Below are positions 11,451-23,344 of a stretch of 64,000 bases of DNA, piece by piece (positions within the stretch are counted from its first letter, which is position 1; every line of letters begins with the position of its first letter). The stretch is from Nemertoderma westbladi. Lineage: Eukaryota; Animalia; Xenacoelomorpha. A program made the translations under genes and the position numbers. The stretch is taken from assembly GCA_032718475.1 (NCBI GenBank), contig JAUCBJ010001005.1, positions 10,751-74,750 of the forward strand, read 5' to 3'. Under the pieces are notes generated by a model. It saw nothing but the letters and a program-made list of their open reading frames with translations. It searched no databases and was not told where the DNA came from.

Positions 11451-14400
11451 ATGCAGCGATTTGCTTGGTTAGTGGCCATATCTGTGGTAGTTTTATTCAG
11501 CTACATACTTGATGCAGCAGTAATCAAAGATGAACTCAGAGAGAGTGAAAAGGAACTCATTGTGGAAGCACATAACGAGATAAGGGCCGACTTCGACACA
11601 AAATTTGCCAACGGGGAGACACCTCCCGCCCCAAAACGGAAGCTTAGAAATCTGGTTAGTTAAAAAAAGAATCTTAGTATATGTGTAAAATAATCGTTTT
11701 TATATAGAGTTTTTAATTTCTTTACCTTTAATAAATTGAATATTGTTTGTTTCAGAAATGGGATAATCGTCTTGCTAAAGAAGCCCAGAAGTTGGTTGAT
11801 ACTTGTGAGTTTAAACACCAGGAACATACCTTCAGAGGGGAAGCAGTTGGACAAAACTTATACATGTGTAGTAAGTATGTAGGCCTACAGTAGGCCGGCC
11901 TACTGTCTCTTCTAGCACTCATTCTACTACAACCGTACATACAGTACAGTAGAAATAGAAAGAACGTAGCTGGTTGCTGTGGCGCACAACCAACATAATT
12001 TTCTGTCAGGTGACACTAGTGTAAGTAAACAAGTAAACAAAAGCAAACAGTCGGTTTCGGCCGAAGCCGGAGGCGACCCGAAGGCTCCTCTTTCGATAGC
12101 TGCTACCCGAATGTAGCGGGGGGCGCTACTACTATAACATTTATCTATCATATCAGCATTATTATCGCTACTATCACAAGTAATTCAACTAACTGGTCCT
12201 CATTTTATTGACACAGGACCTTGGCGGGGCTCGAACCAACAACCAATAGATTTTAGCCCGGCGCTTAACCAACTGAGCCACCCCTCTTGTACATAACCAC
12301 ACTACTGTAGTGTTATATAATTAACTATTTAGTTAAAACAAACAATGGCATTTAAAGAAATCACAATCGTTGAAATTTTCCTCATCTCGATTTGTTTCCC
12401 CACCCCCGTACTGATTATTTAATTTATTTATATACAGTACGTACTGTAGGTAGAGACCTACAGTATACATATGATTAAGGCTCTTTTCATACAATTTTCA
12501 TAAGGCCGCTCGTTTGGGCCGCAGTGATCCCACCATATGCTATAGAAATTACTGCAAAGTAAATAGTTGCTCTGAGTTGCTGTACGAGCACATGTTAGTC
12601 TCAAGAGGCCAGCGTGTAGGCCTAAGGGACACTTCTTATGCAACATATTGGTGGATCAAGTTGGATAGTAGTTTACTACACGAATCTGAACAGAACTGAA
12701 CCGAACTGCATCGAAAGCGTGGTGTGTAGAGGACGCCAAATGAAAGATAATTTAAAAACAACCATCCATGCAGACAGGTGAAAATTAAATTTTGATTTGA
12801 ATTTCATTTGGTCTTTTCATAGATTGTAAATTTAGTTGCGTATAAGTTGTCGCCAAATTAAGATTACTTTCTTCACATAAAACACGGGTGTACTGCTTTT
12901 ACCAGTATGCCTACCGGTGGCAAATTGCCAATTGGTGTCGCTTTAGCCTCTCATAGGGTTAATGTTAAATTAATGCCTAGAAGTAAAAATTTTACTGTAT
13001 ACTGTGTACTGTATTCTGTACTGTACTGTACTGTATTCTTAAATTTGGTTTATTGTTTTGGTTAGAAATGCCTACCATTATATCCTACTACTTTTCTTTA
13101 AAATGTACCTTAAGTGGTGAATATCGAAATTAAATATTCGCGAAATTAAGTTAATATGTTAAAATAGGCTAAATCAACACCCCAATTGGTAATATGCTAT
13201 GTCAGTACTATCCGAACCTGTTGTTTAAAATCACCCAAGATTAATAATCAAGTTTATTTCCTTTGTATTAATTAGCACTAGTATAATCGCATTGGATAAA
13301 TTGAATTTATAACTTGTTAACTAAGTGTGTACCGGTATGTAAACTGTGAAACTTTTGAGGTAAATTTAATTTAATAAAATTTGTGTTGCAGGAACTAGTT
13401 GTCCCTTCAGACATTGTCTTGGCGAAAATGCAGTTAAAATAGTTTCCGAGTGGTTTAGAGAAATTCGCGCCCATCCTCAGTGGCAAGAGATAAACGAAAA
13501 TGATTTGGCGATCAGCGGGAACTATACTCAGGTAATGATTCACTAGACATGGCACCCCCTCCCACTGGTGCCTAACAAAATATAAACGTATCTTCATTCT
13601 TCATCCTTTAAGATGCGTTTCAAGAAAGTCATGGGCTTAGCCACCATGCTTATTCACAAAGCACAAGATTGTGCACAGGATGGTCATCACGGCGAAAGCA
13701 ATGTCCTGCAAAGCGGAGACGGCTTTGTTCTAGTGTCAAGCTTGGGGGAACCAATGAGACACCTCCAATGTTATAGTGTCTGGTTGGAGATGTGTGCATT
13801 GTACTTAACACAGTGAACCCGGCGTAGAATTCTTTTGAATGTACCATCCAGAGATTTTGTGTCTTCGGCAGTTAGAGTCCAGCATGGACTCCCATATAGG
13901 AGTACTGTACTGGAACTACTGCTGCTCTAAATAATCGGACCTTAAGTTTCTGATGAATTCTGTGTGACTTCCAAATCCTGGAAAGCCCAAATCCCGAATG
14001 GATGACGTGAGACTGGCCCTTGGCATGCCGTACTGTATGGCCTGCCAACCTGAATAAACCCGTCGGAATAGACGTTCGCAGTCAATGTAGCTGCAACTTC
14101 AGCCAAACACTGTGTAGTGGGTGAAGCGGGAATACTATTGTACCATTATGCCCATTAATTTTAGGCTGGTCATCATGTGGGCATGAAGGCCGCCTGATGG
14201 TTTAATAAAGCCAATACAACTCTGCTTCAGCCACGTTCTTCGCTTCATGAAGATACAGTATAGCTGTCGCTTAACGTACAGTAGGCCGCGCTTTATGGTT
14301 TCCTGTAGATAAATAATTCTACAGTATGTAGGTAAATAATTCTACAGTATGTAGGTCTACTGTCTCATTAAAATATCGTAAAACTATGTCCTACTGTACC

Positions 14401-14614
14401 GTTGGTACAGTAGGTATGTAGCATACCTGATTTCTCTGTGTTATGATAACATAATGATAACAATTATATTACTTTTTAGATGATGTGGGAGAATACCAGA
14501 AAGGTGGGGTGCGCTATTAAAACATGTGGGGAGTACAAACGATACGCGTTCGCAGCGTGCGATTATTACCCAGCAGGGAACGTGATTGGAGAATTTCCGT
14601 ACCGAACCAAATGA
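11451..14614 (+). CDS. Secreted CAP/SCP (PR-1/antigen 5/CRISP-like) protein, ~197 aa; exons 11451-11654, 11756-11870, 13392-13531, 14480-14614
   Basis: Signal peptide; motifs AHNEIR, KWDNRLAKEAQ, CEFKH, GQNLY, EWFRE, GNYTQMMW, VGCA, CDYYPAGN; all three introns GT-AG with consistent phases (0,1,0). Confidence 0.9.
12025..12284 (-). mobile_element. Second copy of SINE family 1, in CAP intron 2
   Basis: Reverse complement matches the head (ggggtggctcagttggttaagcgccggg..ggttcgagcccc) and tail of 10752-10987; internal deletion. Confidence 0.8.
13600..13990 (-). mobile_element. RTE-like LINE fragment in CAP intron 3
   Basis: IWKSHRIHQKLKVRLFRAA..LLYGS..WTLT and RLRFAGHCFRRDDHPVHNLVL. Confidence 0.65.
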
Positions 14615-15169
14615 TAAACTTTTATGGAACCTATATGTTTAGAACTACTGTAGATTAAAAGGACTAACTTTATCTTGGTGGTGGATAGCAGTGTGGACAT
14701 TAAATTAGGGAGGTGAGAGGTTCGTCATTTTGAGTCATGGGTAAAATGGTCCCTTAGAAAATTGTCAAAACTACAGTAGCATACACAGTTGTTGAATTTC
14801 TAATGATCGTATTTTTCACAACCATGGAATTAAATCGGAAAGAGAAAATCGCAATCGAATTAGGTGACCATTATACAGTAGATTAGGGTGGCCTAAAATC
14901 ATTAAGAAATTCTTCGGAAATATCGAAATTCCTATGTCAACTGGTTTCAGAGATATCAATAATTCCAGAATTCAGAAGAAACCCCGAGAAATTATACAGG
15001 ATAACGAATATAAAAAGTGACACAAAATGCCCCCCCCCCCCCCCCCCCCCCTCCCCCTACTCTAACAGTCAATATTGTATGGTGTGGGCTGCAGATGGTC
15101 TGATAGTGCAGTAGTGGGTTAGGCCTACCACTCGACCTACACTGTACTGTCAGACTGTACGACGTGTAC

Positions 15170-15325
15170 TCGTTGTTGCTCATTGTTGCTGGTTGTTTAC
15201 TTTATCATTGCTCGTTGTTGCCATGGTTGCTCATTGCTGCTCTTTGTTGCTCATTGTTGCTCATTGTTGCTGGTTGTTTACTTTATCATTGCTCGTTGTT
15301 GCCATGGTTGCTCATTGTTGCTCGT
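15170..15325. repeat. Low-complexity tandem repeat (~78-bp unit x2 built on gttgctc)
   Basis: ctcattgttgctggttgtttactttatcattgctcgttgttgccatggttg occurs twice. Confidence 0.8.
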
Positions 15326-15615
15326 TGTACATTTTAGCACCTATACAGTAACTTCACACTTATGACTAGCACTACCTGACTACTGCACTAGCATCTACAG
15401 ATCTAACTGGCGAATCTGACATTGTAACTGGGAGAGTGGTAACTGCCAGACAACTCACCTGCCAGCATGCAGGTGCAGCTGTTGTATCCTACAACTGCTT
15501 ACATCAGTACCGGTACATGGGTAGGTCAGTACATCCAACATCAGTAGGTCAGTCAGTCAGTAGGTACCGGTACCGCTACTGCACTGGTAAGCCGGCAGCC
15601 CGTCAGATAGAAATA

Positions 15616-16113
15616 ATGAACAATGGAAAACGTTTATTAGTGACAGTTGGCACGACTAAGTTCGCCGATTTGATAACAACTATCTGTTCGCCGCGTGTTT
15701 GTAAAGAACTTGAGATCCTGAAATTTACCAGAGTAGTTTTACAATATGGAAATGGCCCGAAACCGCTCCTTCCTGAAACCTCTAGACTAGATATAAGATG
15801 TTATAACTTTAAACCGTCACTTAGGGAAGATATGCAGAATGCAGATCTGATAATCAGTCATGCTGGAGCTGGGAGTTGTTTAGAGTCGCTTTCACTTGGC
15901 AAGCAACTTATTGTAGTTGTAAATGATAAACTTATGGATAACCACCAGCTGGAACTTGCTAAACAATTTGCTTCGGAGGGATATCTAACATATTGTAATT
16001 GTGATAACCTTGGCGATACTCTAAAGCAATTTAACATTTCCAAATTAACTCCTTTCGTTTCTGGTGACACAAGTCTATTTTCTAAGCATATGGATTCAGT
16101 TATTGGGTTTTAA
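15616..16113 (+). CDS. ALG13: UDP-N-acetylglucosamine transferase catalytic subunit (GT28 C-terminal), 165 aa, single coding exon
   Basis: LVTVGTTKF, LQYGNG, FKPSLREDMQNADLIISHAGAGSCLE, VVVNDKLMDNHQLELA; start taken as the ATG at 15616. Confidence 0.95.
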   Translation: MNNGKRLLVTVGTTKFADLITTICSPRVCKELEILKFTRVVLQYGNGPKPLLPETSRLDIRCYNFKPSLREDMQNADLIISHAGAGSCLESLSLGKQLIVVVNDKLMDNHQLELAKQFASEGYLTYCNCDNLGDTLKQFNISKLTPFVSGDTSLFSKHMDSVIGF

Positions 16114-16206
16114 TTTAGGCCTACTGCTGACTTTGAACCGATTTCAGGATTTAACGTTAACGTTATACCTACCGGTACTGCCTACGGTCTTCGGACGGAG
16201 TACATA

Positions 16207-17457
16207 GGGTAAACTGGGGTGAAGTGAGCTACTTTTGTAGTTTTTCGTGTTTTAAAAATAGTTACTTTCTCATTGCAGCATTGAGGAAATACCAATGTAT
16301 TCCGTTGTGCACTACATTATTGCTCTAAACAATCTCACAAAAATTATAACATAATTTGCCTATTAAATAGTCAAATTATACCTTTTGTTTAGAGCACACA
16401 AGTCTGCAAGTAGCTCAATTTACCCCACTCATGGGGCAAAGTGAGCTAGCTCTAAAATCATTTGAAAAACCATTTAACCCCAATCAGTGATTGCCTTATG
16501 AAAAAATCAAGAGATAATTTGCCTATTAAATAGGCAGATTATTTATTTTTTTTGATATTTCGAATAGCTCACTTTACCCCACTCAGAGGCAAAGTGAGCT
16601 TCCCTCAAAAATGAGGTCTAAAACCATTTTCATTGTACCCCATTTAGTAATTTTCTGGGGGTAAAGTGAACCATTTTTCATGTTTTTAAAAAATAGATAA
16701 ACATACAGTAGGCTATACAGCTATAGGCCAACGAATTATGAATTATAGAACATTACAAAATTATTAGGCCCTATTATAAATCTAAATAACCAACAAACAA
16801 ACAATAAACCTGAATACAGTAGACCTAGTAGTGGAAATTGTAGTACTACTGGTACTAATCTGCAGGCCTAAGACGTTTATTTATTAGACCGACCTCGGGC
16901 CTGACCTGACTGCTAAAACCTAGAGTTAGGGCCTACCCGACATCCAAACAACATTCTGTTACAAATTAAGAGATAATAATAAAATATAAAATTTTCTAAA
17001 ACATAAACAGCACCAAAATTTCAATAGCTCACTTTACCCCATTGCCAATATATTTAAGGGGTAAAGTGAACCAAATTAATTAATTAATTAAGTAAATAAT
17101 TAGTTGTCGAATGACAAAAATTGCACGGGATATCTCAAGTATCACGTATTTGCCATTATTTGCGGTAATGACAACACTCTACCTTAAATCGTTGTTTATT
17201 ATTTTGTATTTTAAAATCAATAACCAAAAAGTTTGTATGCATGAATTTTCAACTTTTTTTTTCATATTTTGTAAAAAATTTAATTGCTTCGAAATTTCAA
17301 ACTGTCGTAAGTTATTTTGTACATTAGATCAAAGCTAGGATATTTGTAGACATTATAATGATTTTAGAGAATGGCAATAATAAAAATTTCTATATTTAAA
17401 AAAATAAATTAAAAAATAGCTCACTTTACCCCTAGCTCACTTCACCCCACTTTACCC
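16207..17457. mobile_element. Non-autonomous Tc1/mariner (pogo-like) DNA transposon
   Basis: 25-bp TIR GGGTAAACTGGGGTGAAGTGAGCTA / TAGCTCACTTCACCCCACTTTACCC, TA on both flanks, many internal GGGGTAAAGTGA(G/A)C motifs. Confidence 0.85.
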
Positions 17458-17679
17458 TACCTATTGTCAGATTGTCCTATTACAGTATTACTCTGTTACA
17501 CGTTACAGTATTATTCTCGCTGTACCGGTACTTTACCATAACTGCATAACCTGAAGTCGTGCGAGCTGCAAGAGCCAACTTTTTACAATTACGCTGTTGG
17601 GTTAGTGGATGGCTTATTACAGAAGGCTATTCAGGTATTATATACATGTACAATATAATATAATATAATATAAATATGG

Positions 17680-18307
17680 CGGTCAGCCTAAACACCCAAC
17701 TACACCCAACTTTCACCCAACTACACCCAACTACACCCAAAACTACACCCACACAGTTCCACCCCACTACACCCAATTTCCACTGCACTTCCACTTCCAC
17801 TCTGCATCCAACTTACACCAAACTATACCTACTGTATGGCACCAAATATTTAACAAATTATTATTAAATCAACATCCCAAAATTACAGCATCCATAATGA
17901 AACCCCACATCGCCAAGTGATCCACATTAAAGCCCGATGGGAAACCCCACTTGGGATCCGACTATGTAGCAACACACCTAAAGGGTGTGACATATTCCCA
18001 TTTATTTTCATAATTGCAGGGCAGTGATGGCAAAATACAGTACGAGTACATGCAACTGTTAAAAGTTCATATATCAGCAATTCCTCAAAGAAGTTCAGAG
18101 TTTGTTACTTTAGGCTACATATTGTAATTTGTGGAATTTTGGTGCCATACAGTATAGTTTGGTGTAAGTTGGATGCTGTTGGGTTGAAGTTGGGTGTAGT
18201 TGCAGAGTTGGGTGGAAGTTTGGTGTAGTTGGGTGGTATAGTTGGGTGTACAGTAGTTGGTGAAAGTTGGGTGTAGTTGGATGAAAGTTGGGTGTTTAGG
18301 CTGACCC
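17680..18307. mobile_element. Mutator (MULE)-like MITE
   Basis: Long imperfect TIRs starting GGTCAGCCTAAACACCCAACT with internal acacccaact repeats; 9-bp TSD TAAATATGG. Confidence 0.85.
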
Positions 18308-19729
18308 TAAATATGGGGGTTAGGGCCTATTACAGTATTATAGTACAGGAGTCATGTCATGCTGTAATCTTTGTCCAATTTTGATTGTATTTGTTATTAC
18401 TTTAGCTCTAGACTAACTAGCGCTAGCATCGGGGGCACTGACATTTTAAGCTACTAAGTGAGCTTGAGCTCAGGGCTACTAACTAAGGACAGTCTCTTGG
18501 CTTGACACGCTTGTAGTTATAAGAGGCAATAAGCCTATATTCTCCGAATATGGAATACCGGTAGGCCTACTGTAATCAGCTGTCTTTTTTTCTGTGAAAG
18601 AATCTTTGTGGCTCAGTGGCTGGCTTCTGGCTACTCGATAGTTAACAATATCATATTTATCCCAAAAACACTAAATATGAAGTCATCAGTCACTCGGATG
18701 TTTTATCTGTTTATCGCGGTGAAATTTGTATCCCGTTATCATTTAGCCTACCGGGACCTCTTTTTCCTTTGCTACATTAAATGACACAAGCACACAATCA
18801 GATATTGTTAACGTCCCTACATTGAAACAATTTAAGACTTATCTGTTATACGTTGATTTTAGTTCATATATTAAATTTAACCGACTAACCGTATGTAACT
18901 GTGATTAGACCTATGTCAGTATTTACATTCATTTTATATTTTTAAACTTTTTACTGAACTACTTAAACGGTCATGTGTAAACCAACTAGTCAATTTGTAT
19001 CGTGTATATTTTTAAACAGATGTGTTACATTATTGTTTATTTACATTGTGCTCGAGATGTCTCCTTACATCTAAATAATATAATAATGTGTAATATAAAT
19101 AATAATAAATCATTCTCATTCATATGGGACTGTAATTAATTGTAATAAGCTATGCGCAATTGATTAGGCTGAATATAAGTTTTGAACTGAAAACTAATGT
19201 GTTTCGTTTATTATTTTTTAAATAAAATTAGGCAATAAAAGTCAAAATCCAAAATTTATATGAAATAAGTTAAAGAAAGGATAGTCCCTGAGTCAATGTC
19301 GAAGTTACAAACATTAAACCACGAAACCGGAATCCATTAGCTAAATCAATATGATTTATGATATTCTGGTATATATTTTAATAATGTAATTGCCGTAATT
19401 GCAGTATATCGATCGTCTCCCTTTTTTAAGGCATTAATAAACACAGTGATGTTTGTTAAATATTGTACTAGTACCTCCATCACAACTGATAAATTGATGA
19501 AAAAATATCGCAATGTCTGTTAACTTTCTATCTTAACAGGAACCATCTGTAAAGTGATTGCCTACCCCTACATTACAAGCAAGTTTAAGTAAATATATAT
19601 CTAAATATTTATTAGGCCTACTCTTTTAAATGTAGCATTATCTAACCAGTTAGTTAAATTTATATATAAATATACAATTGATTAGCTTTGGGCTGCTGAT
19701 ACCTACTTTTGTAATTTATATTAATAATA

Positions 19730-20047
19730 ATGGGGGATAGCGGTGGAGACAATATTTCCGGGTCCCCAGAGACCGTGGCGGGAAACCAAACTGACATGGA
19801 CTACCAGACTCAACTGAAGGAGACCGCCAGGGTCTGGCTGAGATACGTAATAGAGTGGGCTGCGACCGACCCCTACGGGTTCGTGTGTAGCATTCTCATA
19901 TGTTTTGCCCCGTTGATGTTAATTTCGGCTTTATTGTCGTGGAAGATGTTGAAATCCTTAGAAAATAACGATAAAAAAGGGAAGCGGAAGGCGAAAAAGG
20001 ACAGTAATATTGCCAGATCGCGTGGGCGTACGAAAAAAACTGACTAG
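19730..20047 (+). CDS. SMIM15: Small integral membrane protein 15 homolog
   Basis: WLRYVIEWAATDPYGF..LISALLSWK followed by a basic tail ending KKTD, matching the family signature; the start codon could be a downstream Met. Confidence 0.9.
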   Translation: MGDSGGDNISGSPETVAGNQTDMDYQTQLKETARVWLRYVIEWAATDPYGFVCSILICFAPLMLISALLSWKMLKSLENNDKKGKRKAKKDSNIARSRGRTKKTD

Positions 20048-21279
20048 AGACAAATTCGAACAGCGCCGTTCGATTGGTTAGGGGCCCTCCGGTAGAATCA
20101 GTTATTTATTTATTAAATCTAGGCCTTTAATATAATTCCATTCGCTACCGAAACGATCGTTCTTGGTATATTTTTTGTATTTTCGTTTGTTGTTTAATTA
20201 ATCCGAAATCGATGAGCCTTATATTGAATGGATTATTGACTATTTATTATAGTATATTTTACGACGATGTGTTATGTATTCACACATAGACCAGGAATTG
20301 GCTGCAACATCGTTATTGTTACTGGTATAACGTTTACGTTATATGTTGTTATATACGTTATATAGTGTAAAGTAATTAGTAATTACCGCCTTCGCCAGTG
20401 TTTATAATTTGTTATACAGACATAATATTATCTTGTTATTGAATACAAACGATAAGAATGGTACCGGACCGGTATACATTGTCGTTTTTAACACTTAAAC
20501 CGGAAGATTTTACGTTATTTCATTAAGTGTTTTATAGCGTTTATTTCTGTCTTATAAACCTGTATAAATACTTATTCGTTTATTGTTTTGGTTAGATTCA
20601 GCCCTTCTGTAAACTGTGGTTTTGGTGAAAAACCTGGTATTCTTCACATGGGGGTAACTGCAAAGTGAAATATAACGGCAGAAAGTCTGGTATTCTTCAA
20701 TGGGACTAATGAATCGCTTAGAAACAATCGACTTATAACATGTCTAAATAGTATTCACCATTACTCTAACGTGGATAGCCACTGTAAGATTGTTTACCGT
20801 ACAGTTGTTATAGTAACAGCAGCAATTTAGTTGCATAATTTATGTGAATCCATCTCTATAACTAAAGATTACCATAATTGGGTGATTAATTAATTATTAA
20901 GCATTTGGAAACAAGATAAATTGGCATAATGTAACAAAATTACGTACTCGTACATCATTGCATGAAAATGGGAAGATGTTCAGTCTCATATAGACGCTTG
21001 CTTATTTATTGTTTATTAAACATCTCTCATTGCGCTCGTTCGTTAACGAATTACACTGGGTCATAACGCTGAAAAAGTGTTACTTTTACAAAATGACGTA
21101 AGTAGGTTACGCCAATGCTACTATTTATTATATTTCGAGACTGTATCCTATGGAGTTTCGTTTATTGTTTTGGTTAGAATAACATTTCATTCTATTTAAT
21201 AAATACACCATATTCTCGAACATTTTTTTTTATCTCATAAGTAGCAGAAGCTGGGCAAATATGCAAACACCACGGCATG

Positions 21280-21682
21280 GTAAGGAATATAGTGTCGTTA
21301 TTCAGGTACCAGCACCCCCCCCCCCCCCCCCTCCAATAAATCTTAATGAGATTACATGAAATTTTAAATAGAGATAGTTCCACCACCCTCCTCCTCCGTG
21401 GGTGAGCCAGAATTGTTATTTTTGCTTTCATTCTTTAGCTACAAGCGTTTAAAAAGATGTCTCCAGCGATATCACACCAGTTACACCGCAGTTATTCTTC
21501 AACCTTATAGTGATTTATTGGTACTGATGGAAAGCTGGCGATGTAAGGATTCCAAATATGTAACATAATCTGAATTTCGTTTAAAAATAGCTGAGATATG
21601 GGCGTTCAAAAGTTGTTTGGTTTTGTATCTGCGCGAGGCTATTTTATTCTATTAATTAAAAATACCATATTCTAGAACATTT
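21280..21682 (-). repeat. Interspersed repeat family A, copy 1 (other copies at 60576-61002 and 61830-62236)
   Basis: Shared aaaatgttctagaatatggtattt..atctcagctattt..ggaatcctt..tagctaaagaatgaaagcaaaaataa..acgacactatattcc. Confidence 0.75.
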
Positions 21683-22144
21683 TGGGGCGAGCCACGAAAG
21701 TTAGCGAGCTTAGCATCGGGTAGTAACACTAACTCAATCGGTGTGTCTGTTGATCTGTTATTCCTTTATGTCAAATTTTAAACGTCAATAACTCGGCCAA
21801 TCGTCGATGATGAAATCTAACAAAACTTGGTACACAGTTTTTTGGCAAAAGTTTAGAAATTTTCCAAGTTGAATTTGCGTGTGGCCTTCGAGAAGCTAAG
21901 AAAATAGCAGTTAATTAAGTTGATTTAGGGTAAAAACAGCATTTTCAACATGACTTTTAATGTAAATTAATTATTTTATAGTTAGAGATATAAATAATTA
22001 TACTTAAAAATTATACAGCTGTAAACCCCATATCCCATTCCATTATAGTTTTTAATTAGTTCAAGTAATTTGCTTTAAGAAATGTGTTTTTAATTGATCA
22101 AACGTAATTAAATTTTCAAAATGCTCACTCTATACTTCCACCTC

Positions 22145-23266
22145 TGTTCGCGCTTTTAGACCTTTAGCAGTTTAACCTGCCAATTTTAGTTGTCCTCTTG
22201 TTTATAAATCGACTTTAGCCTTTTACCAATTACCTAGAATCCAGCCGAAGCCAGTCCGTGCGCGGCGTATGACCCACGGTGTGGGAGACTGGATTCGGAT
22301 TCCTTGGGAGTTATTGCAGTGTAGACCTACTGTATTATTCGATTGATCGCTACTATATAATCTCTGACAACTATATTCACTTTCGGGGAAATATTAACAG
22401 TTCCTTTAGGACGTGGCGCTTTAAGTATAAAAACAGAGTTATGACTTATACTAATCACAACTAGATGGCCACAGAGTTTCGTAAATAGCGCATTCTTTAG
22501 GAGATGCTTTATTAACCTTCACACTACTTCACACGACTTCACACTACTTCACACTACTTTACACTAGTTCGCACTAATCTGCCGACCGTCACTGAATTTG
22601 ATCATATATAAGGAGGATCTCAACTGACACACGTAGGGATTATGAAATAGCATTTAATTCACACAAAACCACTATAATTTAAGTCGCAGTTGCTACCGGT
22701 TAACTCTATTCCTCTTACCTCAGTAATCAATAAGATTGATGGGTTTATGATTATTTATCTGTATTCTCCAAATATAACATCAATATCCATTAATATAACA
22801 ATTAATACTATAAACAGAAGTAAATAATGCGGTGAACAGTCAGTATGTGTTACTTATGCAGTTATGAAATGTTCAGTGGTGCGTCAAATAAGTTGAAATG
22901 TGATCAAATGTTAATAGATTTACGTTCTTATAACCAAGGCCATCTGATGTTCCTAGGCCAAAGTCTGAAACTTCCGCACAGAAGCACAGAAAATTCGGAG
23001 TTGGTTCTGATGCTCAGAAAATAGTAAACAAAGACCGTAATGCATTGCGTGAGTTTCCATAGGTTTCTGTTAGCTGTAAAGTGAAAATTGCTCTGATTGG
23101 CTGAATAAGACAACAAAGAACTTCCACGTCCACAAAGAATCAGCTGACAGATTTCGTCATCTTGGTTCTAATTCCTTCCCGTCGCCGTTGGATAAATTTA
23201 GGGCTATTTTAGAGTACTCGGCGCATTGCGTAAAAATGACTTGTTATGTCCGCAAAAGCTTTTACA
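22145..23266 (-). repeat. 3' LTR of E1 (1122 bp)
   Basis: Matches 37464-38420 plus 58663-58833; PPT-like TGGGAGCGG abuts its 5' TG on the minus strand. Confidence 0.95.
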
Positions 23267-23344
23267 CCGCTCCCAGAAAATGGGATTTAAGTCTATAAAA
23301 TATAAAAAATCACAGTTTCTAAAATACAAAAATACTCTAAACTA

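Noticed and set aside
15436-15615. N-terminal extension of ALG13
   Set aside because: Begins at GTG and is low-complexity; homology starts at the ATG at 15616.
22279-22464. Repeated small ORFs (also 37610, 39354, 58397)
   Set aside because: They recur only because they lie in LTRs; GTG starts; not conserved between E1 and E2.
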